DNA from: Squalus acanthias
Lineage: Eukaryota
Length of the DNA: 64,000 bases
Reading direction: 5' to 3'
NCBI GenBank assembly: GCA_030390025.1
Contig: CM059425.1
Location: forward strand, 168,828,001-168,892,000
A program made the position numbers and the translations under genes. Below the pieces are notes generated by a model, which made no database searches, was not told the DNA's origin, and worked only from the letters and a program-made list of their open reading frames with translations. Shown piece by piece: positions 1 to 13,594 of this stretch; position 1 is the first letter of the stretch; the number at the start of each line of letters is the position of its first letter.

Positions 1-2887
1 CTCTTCGACCTTCCTACTCTCCTGCTGCCGTCCCAGGCTTGACTCCCTCTTAGAAAAGCCCACAGCTTCCCTCTGTGCCTCTCTTGGCATCCTACGAAGG
101 GCCCATCGAGGCACTCGTCGCTGCCGCCTTACAAGCAGCAACCCCAACTGTCCCATCCTACTTTCTCGCTGACCTTCCCGCCCAGCACGCCCACTGGGGA
201 CAAATCTTGCCAATCTCCTCCCCATCCTACTCGCCCCTCCCAGCGCTGACCCTGTGGACGCTGGCAGCGGGTTAGCCATCACCGACCCTCTCTGTATCTC
301 CCTCCAGAATGTCCGTTCACTTGCGAACAAGGCCCTTGCCATCCATGAGCTTATCGTGGATGACTGCATCGACATCATGGCCCTGATGGAAACTTGGTTG
401 AGGGGTGATGACACCTTACCCTTAAATGAAGCCTCCCCGCCTGGCTATACCTTCCACCACTTGCCCCGCTCAGACCGCCGTGGTGGCGGTGTGGCTCTCA
501 TCACCAAATCACACCTTGGTCTGTCCCCTACTCCTCCGGCACTTTCTCCTCCTTTGAGCATCTCACCTTATTCCACCTCTCACCTCTCATTTAAAATTCT
601 CGTTCTCTACTGCCCACCCAAGTACCATAAAAATTTTATTACTGAGATATCTTCACTGCTTTCCTCCTTCAGCCGCTGCACCGAGCGACTTCTCATCCTC
701 GGTGATTTCAACCTCCATCTCAATTCATCATGCTCTCTCTCCTCTGAGTTCACTACCCTCATATCCTCCCTTAATCTCTCCCTCCATGTAAACTCCCCAA
801 CCCATATTCACCGTCACCCCCTCGACCTTGCCATCTCTCGTGGCCTCGCTACTCCCATCATGTCAATCACAGATAAGGCCATCTCTGACCACTTCCTCGT
901 ATCACTCTCCACCCACATCCCCCTTTCACCGACACCCCGCAACCCTACTTCCTTCTGTGTCCGCCCCTGGAAAAAACTCTCTCCCAACTCTCTTACAACT
1001 GCACTTATGGATACCCAACTGTCCAGCCTTTGGCCCTCCATTCACCACAACATTTCTGCAGCTACCGATCTGCTCAACCACACCCTCACCACCACCTTTG
1101 ATGCCCTAGGCCCTATTAAAACAATTACTCTCTCTCACCCTGGCCGTTCCCCCTGGTACGGCCCTCATCTTCGCTCCCTTAAGCCCAAGGGACGCAGACT
1201 TGAACGGATAAGGCAGACAACTGGTTTAGCCATTCACCGCCAGATCTGGCTGGACCACATAAAGCATTATTGGGTCCTGCTCTCGTCTGCCAAAATTGCT
1301 CACTATTCTAGAATCATTCTGGAATGCAAAGATAAACCCCGGTTTTGATTCTCCACTGCTAACCGTCTTCTTAAACCCCTCTCCCCTTTCTCCTCCACCC
1401 TCACCTCCGACAACAAGTGTGAGGAGCTCATGGACTTCTTTGTCTCTAAGATTGAGACCATCCATTCAGCAGCCTCTGCCACTTCCCTTCCTTCCCCTAG
1501 CCCACCGGGCCAAACTTCCTCTAAGGTTCCCCCGTGCGAACTCACATTTTTCTCCAGTTTCTCACCGATCTCCCCTCATGACCTCTCGGCGCTCATCTTG
1601 TCCATGAGACCCAATTCCTGCTCCCTCGACCCTATTCCCACCAAACTGCTGACCACCCAACTTCCTTTTCTGGCTCCCATGTTAGCTGACATTGTTAATG
1701 GTTCTCTCTCCTCAGGTACTGTCCCCCTCTCCCTCAAATCTGCCGTCATCACCCCTCACCTCAAAAAACCAACCCTTGACCCCTCTGTCCTTGCAAACTA
1801 TCGCCCCATCTCCAACCTCCCTTTCCTCTCCAAAGTCCTTGAACGTGTTGTCGCCTCCAAAATCCGTGCCCATCTTTCCCGCAACTCCATGTTTGAATTC
1901 CTCCAATCAGGTTTCCGCCCCTGCCACAGTACCGAAACGGCTCTCATCAAAGTCACATCCTTTGTGACAAAGGTAAAAACTATCCCTCCTCGTCCTTCTT
2001 GACTTGTCTGCAGCCTTTGACACGGTTGACCACTCCATCCTTATCCAACGCCTCTCCACAGTCGTCCAGCTGGGTGGGACTGCACTCGCCTGGTTCCATT
2101 CTTATCTATCTAATCGTAACCAGAGAATCACCTGCAACGGCTTCTCTTCCCTCTCCCGCAATGTTACCTCTGGTGTCCCCCAAGGATCTATCCTTGGCCC
2201 CCTCCTATTTCTCATCTACATGCTGCCTCTCGGCGACATCATCCGAAAACACACAGCATCAGTTTCCAGATGTAAACTGATGACACCCAGCTCTACCTCT
2301 CTTCCACTTCTCTCAACCCCTCCAGGGTCTCTAAATTGTCAGACTGCTTGTCCGACATCCAGTTCTGGATGAGCAGAAATTTTCTCCAATTAAATATTGG
2401 GAAGACCGAAGCCATTGCTTTCGGTCCCCGCCACAAACTCCGTTCCCTAGCCACTGACTCCATCCCTCTCCCTAACATCTGTCTGAGGCTGAACCACACT
2501 GTTCGCAACCTTGGTGTCATATTTGAACTTGAAATGAGCTTCCGACCACATATCCGCGGCATAACTAAAACCACCTATTTCCACCTCCGTAACATCGCCC
2601 GTCTCAACCCTTGCCTCAGCTCATCCGCTGCTGAAACCCTCATCCATGCCTTTGTTACCTCTAGACTTGATTATTCCAACGCACTCCTGGCTGGCCTCCC
2701 ACATTCTACCCTACGTAAACATGAGGTCATCCAAAACTCGGCTGCCCGTGTCCTAATTCGCACTAAGTCCCATTCACCCATGTGCTTTCTCCCGGTTAAG
2801 TAATGCCTCGATTTCAAAATTCTCATCCTTGTTTTCAAATCCCACCATGGCCTCGCCCCTCCCTATCTCTGTAATCTCCTCCAGCCC
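1..2887 (+). mobile_element. L2-clade LINE, degenerate ORF2 (APE endonuclease + RT)
   Basis: ORF 254-1348 has APE motifs (QNVRSL, METWL, GGGVAL, LGDFN, SDH). Frameshifted ORFs 1430-2803 have RT motifs ([37 protein letters not shown]) and the L2-type C-terminus (SRLDYSNALLAGLP). Confidence 0.9.
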
Positions 2888-4314
2888 CACCTCCTGACTC
2901 CCCAAAGCCTTTCTGTGAGTATGTCTATGTCAGGCTGTTGCTTGACTAGTCTGTGGGACAGCTCTCCCAATTTTGGCACAAGTCCCCAGATGTTGGTGAG
3001 GAGGACTTTGCAGGGTTGACTGGGCCGTTGCCATGTCCGTAGCCGGTGCCGAGGTCGATGCCGGGTGGTCCGTCCGGTTTCATTCTTACTATTTTGTTTT
3101 GTAGCGGTTAGTTACAACTGAGTGACTTGCTAGGCCATTTCAGAGGGCAGTTAAGAGTCAACCACATTGCTGTGGGTCTGGAGTCACATATAGGACAGAC
3201 CAGGTAAGGACGGCAGATTTCCTTCCCTAAAGGACATTGGCTGGAGTCATACCTAGCACAAAGGAAGATGGTTGTGGTGGTTGAAGGTCAATCATCACAG
3301 CCCCAGGGCATCGCTGCAGGAGTTCCTCAGGGCAGTGTCCTAGGCCCAACCATCTTCAGCTGCTTCATTAATGACCTTCCCTCCAACATAAGGTCAGAAA
3401 TGGGGATGTTCGCTGATGACTGCACAGTGTTCAGCGCCATTCACAACTCCAAAGATAATGAAGCAATCCATGCCCGCATGCAATAAGACCTGGACGACGT
3501 TCAGGCTTGGTGTGATAAGTGGCAGGTAACATTCGCGCCACAGATGTGACATGCAGTGACCATCACCAACAAGCGAGAGTCTAACCACCTCCCCTTGAAG
3601 TTCAATGGCATTACCATCACTGAATCCCCCACTATCAACATCCTGGGGGGTTACCATTAACCAGAAACTTAACTGGACCAGCCACATAAATACTGTGGCA
3701 ACAAGAGCAGGTCAGAGGCTAGGTATTCTGCAGCGAGTGTCTCACCTCCTGACTCCCCAAAGCCTTTTGACCATCTACAAGGCACAAGTAAGGAGGGTGA
3801 TGGAATACTCTCCACTTGCCTGGATGAGTGCAGCTCCAACAACACTCAAGAAGCTCGACACCATCCAGGACAAAGCAGCCCACTTCATTGGCACCCCATC
3901 CATCACCTTAAACATTCACTCCCTCCACCACCGGCGTACCGTGGCTGCAGTGTGTACCATCTACAAGATGCACTGCAGCAAATCGCCAAGGCTTCTTCGG
4001 CAGCACCTCCCAAACCTGCGACCTCTTCCACCTAGAAGGACAAGGGCAGCAAGCGCATGGGAACACCACCACCTCCAAGTTCCCCTCCAAGTCACACACC
4101 ATCCTGACTTAGAAGTATATCGCCGATCCTTCATCGTTGCTGGGTCAAAGTCCTGGGATTCCCTACCTAACAGCACTGTGGGAGTACCATCACCACACGG
4201 ACTGCAGCGATTCAAGAAGGCGGCTCACTACCACCTTCTCAAGGGCAACTAGGGATGGGCAATAAATGCTGGCTTTGCCAGCGACGCCCAGATCCCATAA
4301 ACAAATTAAGAAAA
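2888..4314 (+). mobile_element. Rearranged copy of the tRNA-headed LINE family (inverted 5' piece + sense 3' RT end)
   Basis: 2914-3238 is the reverse complement of ~6600-6920; 3239-4314 matches ~9845-10906 ([15 protein letters not shown], tail aagggcaactagggatgggcaataaatgctgg). Confidence 0.85.
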
Positions 4315-4339
4315 GGTGCTGTATTAATACAAGTTGTTT

Positions 4340-5175
4340 TGTTGTTGCAGGGCTGGAGGAGGTTACAGAGATAAAGAGGGGCAAGGCCATGGAAGGATTT
4401 GAAAACATGGATGAGAATTTTAAAACTGAGGCATTGTGGGACCAAGAGCCAATGTAGGTCAGCAAGCACAGGGGTGATGGGTGAGCGGGACTTGGTGCGA
4501 GTTAGGATACAGGCAACAGAGTTTTGGATGAGCTCAAGTTTATGGAGGGTGGAAGATGGGAGGCCAGTCAGGAGAGCATTGGAATAGTCAAGTCTAGAGG
4601 TAACAAAGGCATGGAGGATGGTTTTAGCAGCAGATGAGCTGAGGCAAGGGCGGAGACGGATGATGTTACGCAGGTGGAAGTTGGCAGTCTTGGTGATGGA
4701 GTGGATATGTGGTCAGAAGCTCATTTCATGGTTAAATACGACACCAAGGTTCTGAACGGTCTGGTTCAGCCTCAGACAGCTGCCAGGGAGAGGGATGGAG
4801 TCGGTACCTAGGGAATGGAGTTTGTAGCAGGGAATGAAGACAATGGCTTTGGTCTTCCCAATATTTAAATGGAGGAAATTGCTGCTTATCCAGCATTGGA
4901 TGTCGTGACAAATCAGAGACAATGGAGGGGTCGAGAGAGGTGGTGGTGGTGAGGATGAGCTGGATGTCGTCAACGAACAGGAACCTGAAGTTGTGTTTTC
5001 GGATGTCGACGATCGGCAGCATGTACATGAGATATAGGAGGGGGCCAAGGATAAATGCTTGGAGAATTCCAGATGTAATGGTGTGGGAGTGGGAAGAGAA
5101 GCCATTGCAGATGATTCTCTGGCTATGATTTAATTGATAAGAATGGAACGAGGCGAGGGCCATCCCACCCACAGA
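4340..5175 (-). mobile_element. L2 LINE 3' fragment
   Basis: Minus-strand translations LADLHWLLVPQ..FKILIHVFKSFHGLAP, DIQCWISSNFLHLNIGKT, ILGPLLYLMYMLP. Confidence 0.85.
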
Positions 5176-6395
5176 TTGATGTGCAGGCAAAATAATACCA
5201 ACCTTCAGTAACAGCACACAAAATAGCCTTCTCAGTGTGGTATCTGCCTCAGGCATACCTTACTGCAGCTCTTAGCGCCACTTATATAGTGGCAGTAATT
5301 ATTTGGAGTGGATTTGGGCCGGAAGCTGGTGCAATCAAAGAATTGCAAGCACAGTGTGATAACTTTGGGGAGAAATACCAACAATAAGCCTAGGCTTTTG
5401 AGAGAGCTGCACCCTCAAATAGAAACCTTAATAGAGGTAGTCAAATACACAAAAGATATTTTCACAGGCAAGTTTTATTGTTATGAAAAAAAAATTTCAG
5501 TGCTTTTATTGGAGTGTTATTTTAAGCCTATAGTTGGCTGAAGGAAATAAAGGTCACAGGAAATTTAAAAAAAAAGAATTTTGAGTGATTTGATTAATTT
5601 TCCTTTTTTCTTTTATTGGTAGGTTCTCCTAGTTGTACATTTAAGTTGGTTAGTTACATAAATCAGTAATAGTTTTTCATTGGTAGTTTTTTTAATCACT
5701 TTGTCTGCTTTTGATTCATACATTCTCTATCTTTCCAGTTCTGATTTGCTGCTGTTTTACATTGAGCCAATCAACAAATTATGTTATACGAAGTATGTGT
5801 GACACTTTCAGCAAGTGTATACTATACAATAACTTTTAATATGCTACTTGTGGATCCCCTTATTGGTGTTGTTCCAGAGGATGCCACGTAAAGTGCAATA
5901 TACTATGGTGATTGAATAAGTCAAATTGCATTTTTACTACAGATTGCTATTGGAGTTAGATATTTGCAGGCTTGAATTCCATGAATATTCGCACACATTA
6001 ATCTCTGCTTTCTGCCTGCCTTCCACTGGTTTCACAGAATAAGTTGGGTGGGTGAGCTCAAGAATTGGTACGGTGATGCGTTCCACTGTACTCCCGCTTA
6101 TTTTTGCATTGTTTCAGATTTCCGTCACAGGTAGCAGAGTGTGCATGAAGCACCTGTTTGCTGTCTGGTGACATTTTTTTAATGTAGCAGACATGGCAAT
6201 GTGACATCACACATCCACACCACTGTGCATCTGAAATGACCCCGACCGAGGGAAATGGGTTGGGGTTGAGGTGGCTTCAGACGGGCGGTGGAAGTCCTGC
6301 CCCACTGCAACGCCGTTCTGAAGAGAAGAATCCTGCCCAGTTTATTTATATTTGATTCAAAATTATTTGATTAAATTCATTTTAAAAGTATATAT

Positions 6396-9300
6396 GGGGG
6401 TACGGTAGAAAAGTGGTTATGTTACTGGACTAGTAATCCTGAGACCTTGACTAATAATCCAGAAATGTGAGTTCAAATCCCACCACGGCAGCTGGGGAAT
6501 TTAAGTTCAGTTAATTAATAAATCCGGAATTAAAAAGCTAGTGTCAGTAATGGTGACCATGAAACAACCAGATTGTCGTAAAAACCCATCTGGTTCATTA
6601 ATGTCCTTTAGGAAAGGAAATCTGCCGTCCTTATCTGGTCTGGCCTACATGTGACTCCAGATCCACAACAATGTGGTGGACACTTAACTGCCCTCTGAAA
6701 TGCATCTATCCTTGCATTCAGTTGTACCAAACCGATACAAGGAAGTATACAAAGAATAAAACCAGATGGACCACCCGGCATCGACCTAGGCACCGGACAC
6801 GTCAAAGGGAGCCCAGTCGACCCTGCAAAGTCATCCTCACTAACATCTGGGGACTTGTGTCAAAATTGAGAGAGCTGTCCCACAGGCTAGTCAAGCAACA
6901 GCCTGACATAGTCATGCTCATCATATCTTTCAGCCAATGTCCCAGACTCCTCCATCACCATCCCTAGGTATGTCCTGTCCCATAGAAACAAAGAAGATAG
7001 GAGCAGGAGTAGGCCATTCGGCCCCTCGAGCCTGCTCCGCCATTTAATGAGATCATGGCTGATCATCCAAATTCAGAACCCTGTACCTGCTTTCTCCCCA
7101 TATCCCTTGATCCCTTTAGCCTTAAGAAATATATCTATCTCCTTCTTGAATATATTTAATGAATTGGCCTCAACTGCCTTCTGTGGTAGAGAATTCCACA
7201 GGTTCACCACTCTCTGGGTGAAGAAATTCCTCCTCATCTAAGTCCTAAATGGCTTACCCCTTATCCTTAGACTGTGACCCCTGGTTCTGGACTCCCCCGC
7301 CATCGGGAACATCCTTCCTGCATCTAGTCTGTCTAGTCCTGTTAGAATTTTATAAGTTTCAATGAGATCCCCTCTCATTCTTCTAAACTCTAGCGAATAC
7401 AAGCCCAATCGTCCCAATCTCTCTTCATATGTCATTCCTGCCATCCCAGGTATCAGTCTGGTGAATCTTCGCTGCACTCCCTCCATGGCAAGAACATCCT
7501 TCCTCAGATAAGGCGACCAAAACTGCACACAATACTCAAGGTGTGGTCTCACCAAGGTCCTGTACAACTGCAGCAAGACATCTTTGCTCCTGTACTCGAA
7601 TCCTCTCGCTATGAAGGCCAACATACCATTTGCCTTTTTAACCGCCTGCTGCACCTGCATGCTTACCTTCAATGACTGGTGCACAAGGACTCCCAGGTCT
7701 CGTTGCACGTCCCCTTTTCCCAATCTATTGCCGTTCAGATAATAATCTGCCTTCCTGTTTTTGCCACCAAAGTGGATAACCTCGCATTTATCCACATTAT
7801 ACTGCATCTGCCATGCATCTGCCCAATCACCCAACTTGTCCAAATCATACTGGAGTTTCTCTGCATCCTCCTCACAACACACACGCCCACCCAGCTTTGT
7901 GTCGTCTGCAAACTTGGAGATATTACATCTAGTTCCCTCGTCTAGATCATTAATATATATTGTGAATAGCTGGGGTCCTAGCACCAATCCCTGCGTACCC
8001 CACTAGTTACTGCCTGCCACTCGGAAAAAGACCCGTTTATTCCAACTCTTTGCTTCCTGTCTGCCAACCAGTTCTCTATCCAAGTCAGTACCTTACCCCC
8101 AATCCCATGTGCTTTAACTTTGCACGCCAATCTCTTATGCGGGACCTTATCGAAAGCCTTCTGAAAGTCCAAATACACCACATCCACTGGTTCTCCCTTA
8201 TCTATTCTACCAGTTACATCCTCAAAAAATTCCATCGGCAGGACAGACCCACCAGACGTGGTGGCACAGTGGTATACAATCGGGTGTGAGTGGCCCTGGG
8301 AGTCCTCAGCATTGAATCTGGACCCCATGAGGTTTCATGGCTTCAGGTCAAACATGGCCAAGGAAACCTCCTGCTGATTACCACCTACCGTACTCCCTCA
8401 GCTGATGAATCAGTACTCCTTCATTTTGAACACCACTTAGAAGAAGCACTGAGGGTAGCAAGGGCACAGAACGTACTCTGAGTGGGGACTTCAATGTCCG
8501 TCACCAAGAGTGGCTCGGTAGCACCACTATTGACTGAGCTGGCGGAGTCCTGAAGGATATAGCTGCCAGTCTGGGCCTGTGGCAGGTGGTGAGAGAACCA
8601 ACACGAGGGAAAAACCTACTTGACCTTGTTCTCACCAATCTACCTGTCGCAGATGCATCTGGCCATGTATTGGTGGGAGTGATCATTACACAGTCCCTGT
8701 GTAGACAATGTCCCGTCTTCACACTGAGGATGCTCTCCATCGTGTTGTGTGGCACTACCACCATGTTAAATGGGATAGATTAACAACAGAACTAGCTGCT
8801 TAAAACTGGGCATCCCTGAGACGCTGTGGGCAATCAGCAGCAGCAGAATTGTATTCCACCACAATCGGAAACCTCATGGCCTGGCATATCCCTCACTCTA
8901 CCATTATCATCAAGCCAGGGGACCAACCTTGGTTCAATGAGGAGCGTAAAAGAGTATGCCAGGAGCAGCATCAGGTGTACCTAAAAATGGAGTGCAACCT
9001 GGTGAAGCTACAAGACAGGACTACAGACATGCTAAACAGCAGAAACGACATGCTATTGACAGAGTTAAGCAATCCCAGAACCAACGGATCAGATCAAAGC
9101 TCTGCAGTCCGGCTACATCCAGTCGTGAATGGTGGTGGACCATTAAACAACTAATAGGAGGAGGAGGCTCCATGAATATCTCCATCCTCAATGATGGTGG
9201 AGCCCAGCATGTGAGTGCAAAAGAAAAAGCTGAAGCATTTGCAACTATCTTTAGCCAGAAGTGCCGAGTGAATGATCCATCTTGGCCTCCTCCTGAGGTC

Positions 9301-10908
9301 TCTTCCATCACAGAAGCCAGTCTTCAGCCAATTCGATTCACTCCATGTGATATCAAGAAACAGCTGAGTGCACTGGATACAGCAAAGGCTGTGGGCCCCG
9401 ACAACATCCCAGCTGTCGTGCTGAAGACCTGTGCTCCAGAACTAGCCGCACCTTTAGCTAAGCTGTTCCAGTACAGCTACAACACTGGCATCTACCTGAC
9501 AATGTGGAAAGTTGCCCAGGTATGTCCTGTCCACAAAAGCAGGACAAATCCAATCCAGCCAATTACTGCCCCATCAGTCTACTCTCAAATCATCAAGAAA
9601 GCAATGGAAGGTGTCATCGACAGTGCAATCAAGCGACACTTACTCACCAATAACCTGCTCACCGATGCTCAGTTTGGGTACCGCCAGGACCACTCGGCTC
9701 CAGACCTCATTAAAGCATTGGTCCAAACATGGACTAAAGAGCTGAATTCCAGAGGTGAGGTGAGAGTGACTGCCCTTGACATCAAGGCAGCAAGGACCCC
9801 TAGCAAAATTGAAGTCAATGGGAATCAGGGGGAGAACTCTTCACTGGCTGGAGTCATACCTAGCACAAAGGAAGATGGTTGTGATTGTTGGAGGCCAATC
9901 ATCTCAGGCCCAGGACTTCCTCAGAGCAGTGTCCTAGGCCCAACCATCTTCAGCTGCTTCATCAATGACCTTCCCTCCATCATAAGGTCAAAGTGGGGAT
10001 GTTTGATGATGATTGCACAGTGTTCAGTTCCATTCGCAACTCCTCAGATAATGAAGCAGTCCGTGCCCGCATGCAGCAAGACCTGGACGACATTCAGGCT
10101 TGTGCTGATAAGTGGCAAGTAACATTCGTGCCACACAAGTGCCAGGCAATGACTATCTCCAACAAGAAAGAGTCTAACCACTGCCCCTTGACATTCAAAG
10201 GCATTACCATCGCCGAATCCCCCACCATCAACATCCAGGGGGTCACCATTGACCAGAAACTTAACTGGACCAGCCACATAAATACTGTGGCAACAAGAGC
10301 AGGTCAGAGGCTGGGTATTCTGTGGCAAGTATCTCACCTCCTGACTCCCCAAAGCCTTTCCACCATCTACAAGGCACAAGTCAGGACTGTGATGGAATAC
10401 TCTCCACTTGCCTGGATGAGTGCAGTTCCAACAACACTCAAGAACCTCGACACCATCGAGGACAAAGCAGCCCGCTTGATTAGCACCCCATCCACCACCT
10501 TAAACATTCACTCCTTCCACCACTGGCGCACTGTGGCTGCAGTGCGTACCATTTACAAGATGCACTACAGCAACTCGCCAAGGCTTCTTCGACAGCGCCT
10601 CCCAAACCTGAGACCTCTACCACCTAGAAGGACAAGGGCAGCAGGCGCATGGGAACACCACCACCTCCAAGTTCCCCTCCAAGTCACACACCATTCTGAC
10701 TCGGAAATATATCGCTGTTCTTTCATCGTCGCTGGGTCAAAATCCTGGAATTCCCTCCTTAACAGCACTGTGGGAGTACCTTCACCACACAGACTGCAGC
10801 AGCTCAAGAAGACAACTCACCACCACCTTCTCAAGGGCAATTAGGGATGGGCAATAAATGCTGGCCTTGCCAACAACGCCCATATCCCATGAACGAATAA
10901 AAAAATAA
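6396..10908 (+). mobile_element. Near full-length CR1-group LINE with tRNA-like 5' head and a single degenerate APE-RT ORF (interrupted by a nested CR1)
   Basis: A-box-like tagaaaagtgg 6406-6416 and B-box gttcaaatcc 6471-6480. APE start TNIWGL..PDIV at ~6830; RT motifs in ORFs 8956-10844; A-rich tail at ~10898-10908. Confidence 0.85.
6984..8231 (-). mobile_element. CR1 (HER1-like) LINE, 5'-truncated, nested in the LINE above
   Basis: ORFs 7238-8328 give [38 protein letters not shown]. The host reads continuously across the insertion with a short ccat duplication (6980-6983 / 8232-8235). Confidence 0.92.
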
Positions 10909-12497
10909 ATACGTGCCCATTGGTACCAACTGGCAAACTGTTGCACTCGGCTGCCTCACAACTCGGAAGTACCGTGTCCCCAAAGTAACAGGCACTTCTA
11001 ATCTGCAGCTGGGCAGTTAAGTGCTAACTTTGAATGGAATGAAAATGCAGGTTATGATGATTGTTGATAGCTCTGTAATCTAGCAATCTAGGCACTACAC
11101 AACTGTGGCTGCAATATAAATCCTGGCAGACTGGCTCAGTACTATTAAGGAACTCAGTGCATAGTTGCCAAATGTCTGTTTTTTGTGCAGACATCCAGCC
11201 AACAGCATGCGGGTCTGAACAGCTAATTTTGGGCTTGCTGACGTCCATAATTGTGGTAGAGAGAGATAGTTCAGGACAGGAATGATTAAAAAGCAAGATT
11301 TCACAGAAAAATAAACTGAATTGTGGAATATTATCCCAAAGCACTCACAAAAATGTTGAAAAATTGAAATTTTACTTATTCAGTTGCCTTAACACAATGG
11401 CCTTGGTCAAACGTCTTTATTCAGGGCTGCTTTTCAGTTGCAGGTTGTTTTTATGAATTGTCATTTTTTTAAGTTGTTTTACAGCTTTCAGTTTTGTAGG
11501 TTGAAGTGTATGAGACCCCAAAATATCAGAAGGGAGAACACTAATGCCAACTCTCGCAAAGTAATCACGAGAAATGCGATTTTCAATAAAAATTTACCTC
11601 ACCTTGCGACCTCGTGATTTAACTGTGAAAAGTCATGATTTTTTTTCTTACTTTATTAATCTTCGGTACGCCGCCTGGTGATTGGCTGCTCTAGGACACG
11701 TGGGTTTAGTCAGGCCAATCATTTGGTAATGCATTTGAGGAGGGCTAACAAGGAAAGGGAATACACATTGGCCCAAAAATTCGTGAGGAAGCCTTCGTGC
11801 GAGGGTAAAGCCTCCCCGCGATCTCTCACTCCGCGTTGGCTTTTTCAGTTCCAGCTCGCACGAACTTGATGTTCTGGACAGCTGCTGTGCTGGGCTTGCG
11901 TATCCCACCGGCGTAGTTAATTCGTGCGAGCTGTGGGATCACGTGACTCAGTTAGAGCCAATGGCAGCACACCATCTTCCATTCATAACTTTCACATAAG
12001 TGCTGTGAAAGTTATGAATACTATAGCCCCCCAAAAGAACCGCTAAACCTCAATTAAATTTTAAAAAAAACTCATCACATTAATAAAATAAGTATAGTTA
12101 AATAAATTAACCATTTTAAATAAAAAATTAAATTTTTGAAAAAATTTAAAATCTTTTAAAAAGTTATAAAAATAAACTTACCTGTCTTTAAAGTCTCTAA
12201 AAAAGATATACCTGTTAAAAAAAATTCAAAATAATACTTAATTCACTACTTACCTTGTTAAAAGTGGGTCTTACTCCTCCTTTTTTTATGTGTAGAATCT
12301 TCCGTACTTACCTGCGCGTTGAAACCACTAAGTGCACAGCGCGCACGCGGTTCACCTAGGACCCGCCCCCTTTTCCATTCACCAAGTGCCGGTTTTCAGC
12401 GCATGCGCAGTGCATGCAGAAAACCAGCAATTGGAGACAGAATACGCGAGAGTACGCAGTGCGTACTCTCGCGTAGCGGCACTAATTTTTGGGCCAT

Positions 12498-13240
12498 TAA
12501 ATGGTAGGACACTGAGTAGTGTAGAGGAACAAAGGGACCTTGGAGTGCATGTCCACAGATCCCTGAAGGTAGCAGGCCAAGTAGATAAGGTGGTTAAGAA
12601 GGCATACGGAATGCTTGCCTTTATTAGCCGTGGCATAGAATACAAGAGCAGGGGGGGTTATGCTTCAACTGTATAAAACACTAGTTAGGCCTCAGCTAGA
12701 GTAATGCGTGCAGTTCTGGTCACCACATTACAGGAAAGATGTGATTGCACTAGAGAGAGTACAGAGGAGGTTTACAAGGATGTTGCCGGGAGTAGAGAAT
12801 CTTAGCTATGAGGAAAGACTGGATAGGCTGGGTCTGTTTTCCTTGGAACAGAGGAGGCTGAGGGGAGACTTTATTGAGGTGTATAAAATTATGAGGGGCA
12901 TAGAAAAAGTGGATAGAAAGGACCTATTTCCCTTAGCAGAGGGTCAAAAACCAGGGGGCACAGATTTAAAGTAATTGGTGGAAGGTTTAGAGGGGATTTG
13001 AGGGTAAATTTCTTCACCCAGAGGGTTGTGGGGGTCTGGAACTCACTGCCTGAAAGGGTAGTAGAGGCAGAAACCCTAACCACATTTAAAAAGTACTTGG
13101 ATGTGCACTTGGGATGCTGTAACCTGCAGGGCTACGGGCCAAGAGCTGGGAAGTGGGATTAGGCTGGATAGCTCTTTGTTGGCTGGCGCGGACACGATGG
13201 GCCGAAATGGCCTCCTTCCGTGCTGTAACTTTCTATGATC
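12498..13240 (+). mobile_element. CR1 LINE 3' fragment
   Basis: EEQRDLGVHVHRSLK, QFWSPHYRKDVIALERVQRRFTRMLPG; CR1 3' tail gatgggccgaaatggcctcc...ttctatga. Confidence 0.9.
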
Positions 13241-13299
13241 AGCTGTATGATCCCTTGATTGATAACTGTTCACAGGTCTGGCAGTTAATTGACAGCAGA

Positions 13300-13380
13300 G
13301 GGAACCAATCACAAAGCAAAGTGACGGGGAGCAGCCAATAGAAAAGCAGGGATGGTGGTGCCGCGGCTGCCATTTTGTGA
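13300..13380 (+). promoter_or_regulatory. Promoter-like cluster: two CCAAT boxes and a YY1-like GCCATTTT
   Basis: ccaat at 13305 and 13335 (30 bp apart), gccatttt at 13369-13376, CpG-rich, just upstream of the RBM4-like ATG. Confidence 0.45.
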
Positions 13381-13478
13381 ATTAGGGGTGGTTGGAGTTG
13401 GGCCGTGGCTCTGCGTTTCTTCCTTCCTCGGGCTGAGCTGCGTTGTGACGGTACTGATCACCTGCCTGCATGGCAAGG

Positions 13479-13577
13479 ATGGTGAAGCTCTGCGTGGGGA
13501 AATTGCCCCTGGAGGTGCAACGGGACGAAGTCCAGCCGTTGTTCGAGTGGTTCAGCAGAGTCAGTGAGTGCGATCTG
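13479..13577 (+). pseudogene. RBM4/RBM14-like RRM1 N-terminal fragment
   Basis: Manual translation MVKLCVGKLPLEVQRDEVQPLFEWFSRVSECDL resembles the RBM4 start MVKLFIGNLP..E...LFEQYGKVLECDI; homology stops at gtgagg. Confidence 0.7.
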
Positions 13578-13594
13578 GTGAGGATGGGACTTGG

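Noticed and set aside
11370..11450. Minus-strand GH/VLRQ similarity to GIN1
   Set aside because: Requires a frameshift and flanking residues do not match.
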